64,000 bases of DNA, from positions 1 through 64,000 of the forward strand of contig NIVC01000695.1 of the NCBI GenBank assembly GCA_002269645.1, written 5' to 3'. The position numbers and the translations under genes were made by a program. Below are positions 12,654-22,157 of the stretch, piece by piece; the first letter of the stretch is position 1, and every line of letters starts with the position of its first letter. This stretch comes from Macrostomum lignano. Taxonomy: Eukaryota. A model generated the notes under the pieces. That model saw only the letters and a program-made list of their open reading frames with translations. It made no database searches and was not told the DNA's origin.

Positions 12654-12910
12654 CGCTACAACCGGCCGAAACAGCAACAGGCCCAGTCTACCGTGTTGTG
12701 CTGCAGCCAAGAGACACATTGCTTAAGCCAGCAGGGTGGATCCATGCAGTCTACACCCCCGAGGACTCAGTGGGATTTGGCGGCAACTTCCTAAGCGTCT
12801 ATGGCTCGATTACGCACATTGCCGTGACTCAATCAAAGAAGAGGATCAAAGTCGCAGAGCAGTTTCGATTTCCGAATTTAAAATTTATCCTATGGCACTT
12901 TTCTGATTAG
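12233..12910 (+). pseudogene. C2H2-like zinc fingers plus C-terminal half of a KDM2/PHF8-type JmjC domain, decayed
   Basis: CVIC...RH and CVC...HYRSHH fingers. GDHDHCHRIL ... PAGWIHAVYTPEDSVGFGGNFL ... FRFPNLKFILWH matches the JmjC C-terminal motif. The region is interrupted by frameshifts and a (GCA)n-containing insert. Confidence 0.75.
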
Positions 12911-13401
12911 CTTATTAATACTGAAAATTTAGAAAAAATGAAACTTACTTTTATTCTATTTCGAATCATTAGCAGGAAACCTATCGAAATGGAGGATTAG
13001 GGTTAGGGTTAGGGCAAGAAGTCCTGCCGGCCGAAGTCCGGTCCTCGCCGCTGCCCGACCTATGTGACCCGGAGACGGCCACATGGGAACGCGCGGCCAA
13101 GGTTCGGGTGACTGTCCTGGCCCTCGGCGCCTCTACCTGGTCAGACGAGAGCAGCCTGGACGACCACCTGTGCCGGGCCAATGCGATGCTGCCCCCGACC
13201 GAGGACTCATCCTGCTGCTCGTCGGGACGACTGAGGACCAGCTGGCGGAGACCAAGTCCGCAGTCTCCCTACCTGTCTACCGGCGCTGGGTAAGTGCGGC
13301 CGTTCCCTCTGTCCCTAATATCCCCCCGCTCTTGTTCCTCTCATTAGGACTCACTGGACAAACCTCGCTGCCAGGAGGGCCCCATAGGGCTCAACCAGAA
13401 T

Positions 13402-15200
13402 TTGCTCGTTCTCCATCCCACCTTTTCACCTGACCCCCCGACCCTCTCTCTCCTTCAGAAGGGGCTAAATTTCGTCCCCACAAACAACAAAATCTTTCTC
13501 CCTAGACTTCACCAAGACACCATCGAGTTCACCCGCCGTCTTCAATGGACTGAACAAATCTCATCGCCCGAGCTCGGGCGCCCTCTCACCCCTCTGTGGT
13601 CCCTCTGCCAGATCCCCCCGCCCAGCCATTTCCCAAGCTACCCTGGACTTCTGCGAGGAACTCCTTGAGGAGGCCGCGGAACGATCCGCCCTCAAGGCTC
13701 TCAGGGATGACCCCTCCATCATTATCAGGAACGCCGACAAAGGCGGCGCCATCGTAATCTCCCACACAAGGGATTACACCTTTGAAATCCTTTCTCAGCT
13801 TGGGGATAGGAATTTCTATTCCCCCATCGCGGGCCCCATCTTTCCTGAGACCAAGGATCGCATCCAGGCCATTCTGTACATCTCAAACTCCAGGGGTATC
13901 TGTCAGCTAGACAGCATTCCTTCCTCTCCCCTCCGGATAACCCCCGCCCCAGACACTTCTACACCCTCCCGAAGATCCACAAGGATCCCGCTTCTTGGCT
14001 CCTACCTTCTCGGCTACCCAAGGGGCGCCCCATCGTCAGTGGCTGCTCCTCCGAATCCATTGGGGCTGAGAAGCTTAATTTTAGCTCATCGATCACTTCC
14101 TCAAACCTTTGGCCCAGGCCCAACCTTCCTTCATTAGGGACTCCATTCACTACAAGACGCTCCTTGAAAATCTCCCAGTCTCCCCTTCCACTCTCCTGGC
14201 TACCATGGACGTGGCCTCCCTGTACACCATGATTGACACCTCTGATGGCCTCCGCGCCATCAAACACTTCTTTCAAACCAACCCTGACCCTCTCAGACCA
14301 GACTCTGACATCCTCCGCCTCCTCCAAATCTGCCTCGACCGCAACGATTTCTGCTTTCGGGGTCTCTGGTTCCTCCAATCAAAGGGCACTGCCATGGGCA
14401 AAATCTTCGCCCCCAACTATACCTGCCTTTTCATGAGCCACTGGGAACAAGCGGCGCTCAACACCGCCCTGTCCCACTCCATCTCCCCGGGCACCTTCCT
14501 CCGCTACATCGACGACATCTTCGTCACCCTGGATGGGCCCCCCTCCACGGCTCAGAAATTCCTGGACATCCTAAATGCCCAGGACCCCAACATCCAACTT
14601 TCTCTCACCGTCTCTTCTTCCTCCGTTGACTTCCTGGATCTCTCAGTCAAGATCTCGGACTCCTCGCTCCAAACTTCTATCTACTCAAAACCCACTAGCT
14701 CACTTCTCCTGCTTCACATGGCTTCGGCTCACCCTAAACACACCTTCAAGGGGGTTCTCAAATCCCAGATCTACGGGCTGCATGCCTCTGCGATTCCTAC
14801 TCTGATTTTTCCTCTTTCTGCCACACCCTCTGCCGCTCCCTCCACTCTGTGGGATACTCCTTCTCCTTCTTCAGCAACACCAAGGCCTCCGTCCTGGCCC
14901 AGCTTGGCTGGCCTCAAACCATCCCACGTCCCATCCTCATCCCAAAAGAATTCCAATCCTGCAACTCTGCCCGCTGCAGAACCTGCCCCCACGCCATCCC
15001 CAGGATCTCTTTTCAGGGCCCCTCCCCTGCCTCTGCTTTTCTCATCTCCCAATCTCTCTCCTGCGCCTCTTCCCACCTCATCTACGGCATTTCCTGCCTC
15101 CGCTGTCTTCCCTCCTCCAACCTCTACGTGGGCTGTACTACCAATACCCTGAGGGACCGTCTGAACGGCTACCGCTCGGACATTAGACTCAACAAGGACA
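13402..15200 (+). mobile_element. Penelope-like retroelement (RT + GIY-YIG endonuclease, Neptune-like Cys linker), multiply frameshifted and 3'-truncated
   Basis: LLQKGLNFVPT, ADKGGAIV, LPKIHK, GRPIVS, MDVASLYT, GTAMG..FAPNY, RYIDDIF, VDFLDL, YSKPT, SAHP. These are followed by CNSARCRTC and LIYGISCLRC...LYVGCT..LRDRLNGY. Confidence 0.9.
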
Positions 15201-15375
15201 AACCCAGAATTTTGTCCTATTGTTTTATTAGTAAATTTATTTACTATGTTTTATTAGTAAGCCCAGAATTAAAATGAGAATTCGATTCCTAGTCCCACTC
15301 CCTAAGAATTCTTTTCATTTTACAGGATTCGTCCCTTGCTTATTGGCCACCCCGAGGGGGGCGCTAGATTGCTAG

Positions 15376-15844
15376 TGACGCTTCTATGATTGTTTACATG
15401 ACGCTTCTATGATTTTTACATGACGCTTCTATGATTTTTACAAGACGCTTCTATGATATTTTGCATGACGCTTCTATGATTGTTTACATGACGTTTCTAT
15501 GAATTTTTACATGACGCTTTTATGATTGTTTACATGACGCTTCTATGATTGTTTACATGACGCTTATATGATTGTTTACATGACGCTTCTACGATTTTTT
15601 ACATGACGCTTCTATGATTGTTTACATGACGCTTCTATGATTGTTTACATGACGCTTCTATGATTGTTTACATGACGCTTCTATGATTGTTTACATGACG
15701 TTTCTATGATTTTTTTACATGACGCTTTTATGATTTTTACATGACGCTTCTATGATTGTTTACATGACGCTTCTATGATTGTTTACATGACGCTTCTATG
15801 ATTTTTTTACATGACGCTTCTATGATTTTTTACATGACGCCTCT
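15376..15844. repeat. 23-bp minisatellite (CATGACGCTTCTATGATTGTTTA), about 20 units
   Basis: Direct reading. Confidence 0.95.
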
Positions 15845-16176
15845 AGTCCTTTATTATTTATTTAATAAAGCTTTTAATAAAAAAATTTCACTACTAAAAT
15901 TCGAACCCAGGTCGCTGCATTAGCAGTCCAGTCTGTTCACATCTAGGCTAGATCTCATCGAATTTATAAATGAAATTGTAGCACTTATATAATTCAACAC
16001 TCACTCACGAAGCAGTTATGACATAATTAATTTCCCAGGCAAGTCAGTATTAGTCTCAATTAAAGTTGACAATATAGTTACGCAATCTAAATTATGTCTG
16101 ATGCTACGCTTCCACACTGCATTTTCAATACTGTGAGGCAATTCAAGTTAGAGTCACAATTCAGTTATGATGCAAT

Positions 16177-17070
16177 TGTAGTAGGGGGGTTTAGTTCAAG
16201 CAGTTTTGCTAAGGGCGTTTGCCAAGGTTTCCGATTCGTCGAGATAATTATTTTTAGTTTTCCGAAATCGAGAATAAGCAGTTTTGCTTTTACGCTACTG
16301 TTAGTAGTTCACCCTCGGGGAAATATCTGAAGTTGTGGGAATTCGAGTATTAGCGGGTTCCTCTATTAGTAGAAGGCTGTTTAGCCTCGGAAGAAGCATC
16401 CGTTCGGGACAAGCAGTCAAGGATCCGTTCAGGACCGTCCATCAGGACAGTGTTTATAGAGACAAAAGATCTCAATTCAAAAATAGAAAATAAGGGAGTT
16501 TCCTTTCAAAGATTTAATATAGAAACTTAAGGAAATTAAGGGTAAGTTAAGGATAAAATTCTAAAAAGGGTAAAATAGGGAGGCTAAGAAGGAGTCTACC
16601 ACTTAGTCAAACGGAGTCTACCGAGAATAGGAATATTAGTATAGTCAGTTAGATAAAATAGGGAAAGACTAAGGGAGTCTACCATTAATCTAATTAAGAA
16701 TCGGAGTCTACCGAATTGTTAACATAGGGATTAATTGTGTACTTTCTTTGCATATTTGGTTAAATAATATTTCTTTTGTTTGTTTGATCTAAAATAATCC
16801 TATATGAAATTGACTCTTGTCTCACTTATTTTAATTTAACATTAATTATAAGGGGCATTAGTCTGGTGGCAGCGACCTACCAAATAAAAGTACGTAATAG
16901 CAGATTAGTAGAGCAAGGTGACCTAGATCGTAACAACTATTCATTCAAATTAAGGTAGCTAGGAAATCTTCCAGCTTAATCTAAGCCCGGAGTCTCTCGA
17001 GCTCAGATTAATCAAATTAAAAATAAACCAACAAACCAGTAGCCTAAACCGCAGGTACCACGCTTGTCCA
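16177..17070 (+). repeat. 5' LTR of Gypsy A (894 bp)
   Basis: Near-identical to 38999-39224 plus 51640-52306, with a few differences seen by eye. Contains four GGAGTCTACC motifs. Confidence 0.92.
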
Positions 17071-17072
17071 AT

Positions 17073-17082
17073 TGGTGGCAGC
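17073..17082 (+). promoter_or_regulatory. Primer-binding site of Gypsy A (tRNA-Leu-like)
   Basis: TGGTGGCAGC lies 2 nt after the LTR-terminal CA and is complementary to a tRNA-Leu 3' end (GCUGCCACCA). Confidence 0.75.
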
Positions 17083-17471
17083 TTAAAGGATTAGTAAACC
17101 CGAGAAACGCAAAAGTTAAGACTGGTGCAAACTAGCAAAAAATTAGTAAAATATATAAACCTGCAAAATAAAAACGTTTCGGAAAGTCAGAATCAGGTGC
17201 GAAGGTAATTAATCTAAAATACTGAAACTAATACGATAATCCTAAATCCTAGGATTAACGAATTAAGAACGAATTAACGCTAGTAGTTTCAAAATTTGAT
17301 AGCAAAGTCATAATTGACCCAAGTAAAGTGAAGAGATCACGCAGTCTAGCAGTTCTGTTCACAATTAGAAGTAACCAATTAACTAGTTAGGTAGATCAGT
17401 GACTCAGGAGTCTCCCAGTCTCACTGAAATCAATAAATCATAAGAAGCGATAATTCGTAATCAGAAATCTA

Positions 17472-18480
17472 ATGGACGCTAATGACGTAGTAGAAGCTTT
17501 GGCTGAAGGCATTAGATACAGACTAGACATTAGGAAGCACATTAGGATCAAAAAGTACACGCCTAATCAAGATATTGACGTGTGGATTCAGGCTTTTGAG
17601 CAAAGGTGTATCGCAGATGAGATACCTGCAGCCGATTGGAAAAATGAACTACTATCTAATCTAGATGTCCAATCAGCGTTTGCTATTGTGACAAGGTTGA
17701 ATTTAGATCCTAATCTACCGTATGCTGAATTCAAGGATAGGCTCATCGAACGATTCACGCATGCGGGTAGTGCTCAAGAAGCTAGAGAAGAATTCCGTAG
17801 CAGATACCAATCTAAGACAGAGAGCTCTGACGACTATGCGGAGAAGCTGACAGAGTTAGCCTATAGGGCGTTTCCCCATTTAACTAATGACCAAAGACAG
17901 GAAGAAGTGGTGGAACAATTTATTAGAGGCGTTAGGATAACCCCAGAGGCTAGGGAAAAGCTACTGCTAGCACAGGCGAACACACTCCAAGACACGTCGA
18001 GTCTTGCGACGTATCGAAATGGCGTATGCCATGTCTCGCCGAGGGAGAGATCCAGCTCAGTGCAAGGCAACTGGAGGAGATGAGGCTGAGAGTAGCTTGA
18101 GGGAGTTAGTCCGCAAGCAAGGTGAGACACTAGAAAGCCAACAGAGGGTACTCCAGGAGTTGCTTCGACACCAGCAGAGTGCTGAGCAGAAGGCTAGACA
18201 GAAGCCGTACCAAGGCCAGCAACAGGGCCAAGGTCAGAAGCAGCCAGTAAAGTGCTTCAAGTGTGGGAAAGGCGGCCACATAGCTAAGCATTGTCAGCAG
18301 CAGCAGAATCAGCCGCAGTTCCCGCAGCAGCAGTTTCCACCACCACCACAGTTTATTCCGTACCAGCCGCAGTATCCGCCGCCGCAGTTTCCGCAGCAGC
18401 AGTTCCCGCAGCAGTACCAGAATAAGAATCAGGGAAACGGAGTAACCGGAAGCGTAGGGGGCAACGCTTTCCAGAAGTAG
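17472..18480 (+). pseudogene. gag: Gypsy A gag (capsid + CCHC knuckle), one frameshift near 17990
   Basis: ORFs 17472-18083 (capsid-like: WIQAFE, FRSRYQ..ES.DDYAEKL.ELA.RAF, EQFIRG) and 18004-18480 (CFKCGKGGHIAKHC). Confidence 0.88.
18432..18438 (+). promoter_or_regulatory. -1 ribosomal frameshift heptamer G GGA AAC (gag to pro-pol of Gypsy A)
   Basis: The heptamer is phased X XXY YYZ in the gag frame. The -1 frame opens after TAA 18423-18425 and runs uninterrupted into the protease (…EVVYLL). Confidence 0.8.
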
Positions 18481-18750
18481 ACAGTCAGCAGTCTGTAGCC
18501 TCGCAACCTGTAAATAGCAGCGATAGTTTTTCTGTAAATAGTGAATTGAATATGCATGCGCAACCATTTAATCAATCATTTAATCAACCAAATATTTATT
18601 CTCAGCACTTTTCACACGCACCACAGCAGCAGTCTTGTTCTAGTAAGCAGAAAATTAAACCACAAAATTTAAGCGAACCAACTAAAAAACAAAATTATGA
18701 TCCGTATATTACTGGCAGCATTCTAAATAAGGAGGTAGTTTATCTATTAG

Positions 18751-19403
18751 TGAAATATTTTAGAATGTATGTTATTGTTCTTCTTCTGGTCTCTCACTTC
18801 TATGGCTCCTGTTCTACTTCAAATATCAATGTGAGAGCCAAATAACTGAGGCGGCGGATTCAACTGACTTTTCCTGATGATGCAAACACTTGATGGTAAC
18901 TTACAGACCGTTGTATTTGATGGTCACAATCTCGAGATGTTTTCTCACAAAATATAATGTCTAAGGTGGAATTCCAAATAAGAAGCTCGTTCGATTTAAG
19001 TCACAAGGTGTTTCTAATTGTTCGGGCGAACCGAAGGTTCAGTCTATTGTAGAACGTGGATTGGGTGTTGGTTTAGCTTTAGTGAGTCAATTTATCAGTT
19101 TTAGCGTTTGGGTTGAGACCCTAACTGTGTTAATCAAAATTAGTCAAAAGGAGGTTGGCTAGGAGAAGGGCGAAGGAGAGAAAAGGCGAGGAGAGGCGGA
19201 GCGAGAGAAGGCGAGCTTCTTGCTTGGTTAACATGAGCTTTTATAGTACTTTTCAGTCTTGATCGCATTGGATGGTACATAACTGCTTTTCATTGGTTGA
19301 GGTTGGGGTCGTGTCCTCAGCTTTTGCTATTTGGAGCGCATTCATTGGTTAAAATACATTCAATCTGGATGGGAACTTTCTAGAGCCAAAATGTATCACT
19401 TCA
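18751..19403 (-). repeat. 3' LTR of element E (PPT-like GAAAAATAGAGCGAA immediately before it on the minus strand, 19404-19418)
   Basis: Direct repeat of 32849-33501. Confidence 0.95.
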
Positions 19404-20045
19404 TTCGCTCTATTTTTCGGGGAAGCGAGGCCCTCCGAGCGCATAAAAACAGAAAAGGTATAGTAGGGGGGTTAAAATTGATAAAATTGCAGAAAAGGAT
19501 AACGTATTGTATTAAACGAGAAAAGTTGTTGCAGAAAAAAATAGTGCGCAGTGAATAATGTTAGCAAAAATGTTTGAGTAAAAGGGAACCAATTTAAGCA
19601 AAGTAATATAGGTTAAAGTACAACAGCAGTCTAAATAGCTAAAGAAGGAATAGCGCAGAGGGCCTGTAGTTAGGCGAAGCTAAACTAGCTATGCAAGGAT
19701 GGAATAAAACGTAGCAAGGGTTAACCAAAAATCGATAAAATAGGTGTACAAGGCAAAACGGGGGTTTAACGACGCAAGCTTAAAATGAAAACGCGTTGAG
19801 TTAAAAGGAGGGTAATAAAAATCATTGTACAGCGAAAGTTGGGGGGGGGGGTTTAGCGAGGAACCGCGCAGCTAATAAATCATGTACACGGTAGAGGTTA
19901 AAATTTTAAATGGGGAACGAAGAACTGTAAAAATTCCAGGGACAATTGTACAGTCAAAAGGGTATATAACGCGAAACTTAAAACGGAGCAAAGGGTTAGG
20001 CGATTTGTCTTTTTTAACTGACTGTTAATAATTGAATGTTAATAA

Positions 20046-20471
20046 TCAATTGAGTTCCATTTGAGTTGCAAACATCATGAGCACGGTGAAGAATTTACGA
20101 TTCTTGCTCGGCGATCTTGCTAGGCGGTCCCAAGATGATTGGGATTTGGGCGATAGACGGTGGACAATCACCGTCGTCCTCCTAGTTGTACTAGGAGCGT
20201 TAGTGCTGCTGCTGCTGCTGTGCCAGTGCTCGGCCTGCCGCTGGTGCTGTCGGTGCTGTCGTCGCAGTTGTTGTTGCGCGGGCCCGTCTGAAACGCCGGT
20301 CGCCGCGGCAGATGCAGAAGCGCCGTCGTCAGAGTCGGCAGAAGCGGCCGTGTAAGAGCCCTGGTTGCTCTGTCGGCTCTGCCGGCGTTTGTTGAACGTT
20401 GAAACGGCCCTTTTCAGGGCCACCACTTGATGTGATGCCGAAAGTGTCAGATGAGCAGACTGTGCAGTCAT
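20046..20471 (-). CDS. Element E second accessory ORF (141 aa, low complexity, basic/Gln-rich)
   Basis: ATG-initiated, GC-rich island in an otherwise T-rich 3' region. Confidence 0.4.
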   Translation of the reverse strand: MTAQSAHLTLSASHQVVALKRAVSTFNKRRQSRQSNQGSYTAASADSDDGASASAAATGVSDGPAQQQLRRQHRQHQRQAEHWHSSSSSTNAPSTTRRTTVIVHRLSPKSQSSWDRLARSPSKNRKFFTVLMMFATQMELN

Positions 20472-20902
20472 GAAGGAACAAATGTTGTTGAGCCGTATGC
20501 TTTAGTGCTAGTTGATTGACTTAGGTGGGAGCAGCGCTCGAGGTCGAGGATTGCAGAGACCAGGCATAGCGTAGGGCGATGGCTGCGTAAATCAGGGCTG
20601 TGGCTTGAATTTGGTTGAAGCAGCGCCAGAGACAGCAATTGGCAGTGACCAGGCACAGAGCAGCAGTCGTGTAGGTCAGGGTTGGGCAGGGTTGAGCAGG
20701 GTTGAGCAGGGTTGAGCAGGCTAGCGCGTGATGACTTTTGAAAAAGCAGTTGACAGGATAACAAAGGAAAATAGCATAAGCTTTACACAAGTGAGCGCAA
20801 AAGAACGGAGGAGTAATAGGCAGAAGAACGGAAAATATTTTTTGAGTATTTTTGAACAATTTTTTGTAGTGTTTCAGCGCTCAATATTGAAGAAAAAGCG
20901 GA

Positions 20903-21859
20903 TTAAAATAGTGAGCGATGATGGTGAATCAAGTCATAAAAAAGAGCGTATGCCAGTCGAGCAAAATTAATATTAGGATCAGAAGGCGGAGAATGCTGAA
21001 TACGCTTGATGGGGAAGGTATGAAGAGCGGCATACTCTGGCAAGGTGTTAGGGTAGCCAACATGAGCATTTCGTATACGGTGAATATTGTATAAATATCG
21101 ACGAAGCGGAGGACAAGAGAAAGGGAAGATAGTATGGGCAACTACCGAGCGAGAATAAAAGTCGATAATTATAAAGGCAAAGTTTCTTGAACGCGTTGAG
21201 AGAATGAAAACAGCGTGGGTGAAGAAAAAATTGTGCGGATACAGACGATTTAGCGTGCGTATGATAGCGCTCTTAGTAGCACGAGGAAAAAACGGAGGAA
21301 AAATTTGATAAACATAAGGGGCGAGAGAATCGAAAGAGGTTAAATAATTTTGGAGCGTAGAAGTTAACTGTTGCGCCGAAAGATTAGCAGCATCATGGCG
21401 GAATTGTTGCCATGGGTAGCGCAGAGAGGAAAGCAACAGAGGCCAAGTGTCTTGGTTAAAGCGCATGCATGGTTGAGGGAGAGTAGAAGCAGAGAGTTGA
21501 AAGAAATCGTCGATAGATATATTAGGAGAAAAAAGAAAATGTAGGATTGGTACGAAGCTGCGGTTGAGAACGTCAGTCATAGGGGGAGAAAAGTTCTGTA
21601 TACGTGGTCGTGAGTGAGTACGACGCAGCACACCAAATAGACTAATTCGCAGAACGCGGAGCATCTTAGGATAAAAGCGATGGCAGCGGATAACATAAAA
21701 ACGAGAGAAGAAAGCGGAGGCCATGCGTAGCCGTTGGGGTTCACCAATAGTTTCAGAATAAAATATTGTTTCGGTGAACCAAGCAACAACGGTTGCGAGG
21801 CAAATAAGATCATGATGTAACTGTGGTCGGATATCCACTGGTTGCGGAAATGGATCCAT
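20903..21859 (-). CDS. Element E accessory ORF (318 aa from ATG 21859), unknown function
   Basis: Long open frame inside the LTR boundaries, on the sense strand, downstream of integrase. Confidence 0.6.
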   Translation of the reverse strand: MDPFPQPVDIRPQLHHDLICLATVVAWFTETIFYSETIGEPQRLRMASAFFSRFYVIRCHRFYPKMLRVLRISLFGVLRRTHSRPRIQNFSPPMTDVLNRSFVPILHFLFSPNISIDDFFQLSASTLPQPCMRFNQDTWPLLLSSLRYPWQQFRHDAANLSAQQLTSTLQNYLTSFDSLAPYVYQIFPPFFPRATKSAIIRTLNRLYPHNFFFTHAVFILSTRSRNFAFIIIDFYSRSVVAHTIFPFSCPPLRRYLYNIHRIRNAHVGYPNTLPEYAALHTFPIKRIQHSPPSDPNINFARLAYALFYDLIHHHRSLF

Positions 21860-22157
21860 AAGAGAAAGGAAAAAGGAGAAAAGCAATAGATACACAAAAT
21901 ATTGTTTTAGCGCGTGAGCTCTGCAATGTAAAGAGGGAAAAGAGAGAAATTTTTGTAGCTTTTGTTGATAAAACGGAAAATAAAAGTTCACTGTGTCAGT
22001 TCGTCAATATAGTCACGTAAAGTGTCGCAATGCAGGGAGAGAGAGCAAAATTGTTAGAAAAGAAGGAAAAAAGCAGAAGAGAAAGAAAGGAAGAGAAAGC
22101 AATATTGTCAGTCAAGGAAAAGAAAGGAGAAAAGGAATTTAGAAGATTTTTTATCAT

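Noticed and set aside
15342-15366. CTCF-like motif TGGCCACCCCGAGGGGGCGCTAG
   Set aside because: The spacing differs from the consensus and it is a single short match with no supporting evidence.
12900-15400. Hammerhead ribozyme or pseudo-LTR expected for a Penelope-like element
   Set aside because: No CTGANGA...GAAA core with pairing stems and no terminal duplication were found by eye. The element is truncated within GIY-YIG.
15376-15844. Possible CRISPR-like arrays (also 61490-63350)
   Set aside because: Contiguous tandem units with no unique spacers, in a eukaryotic context.
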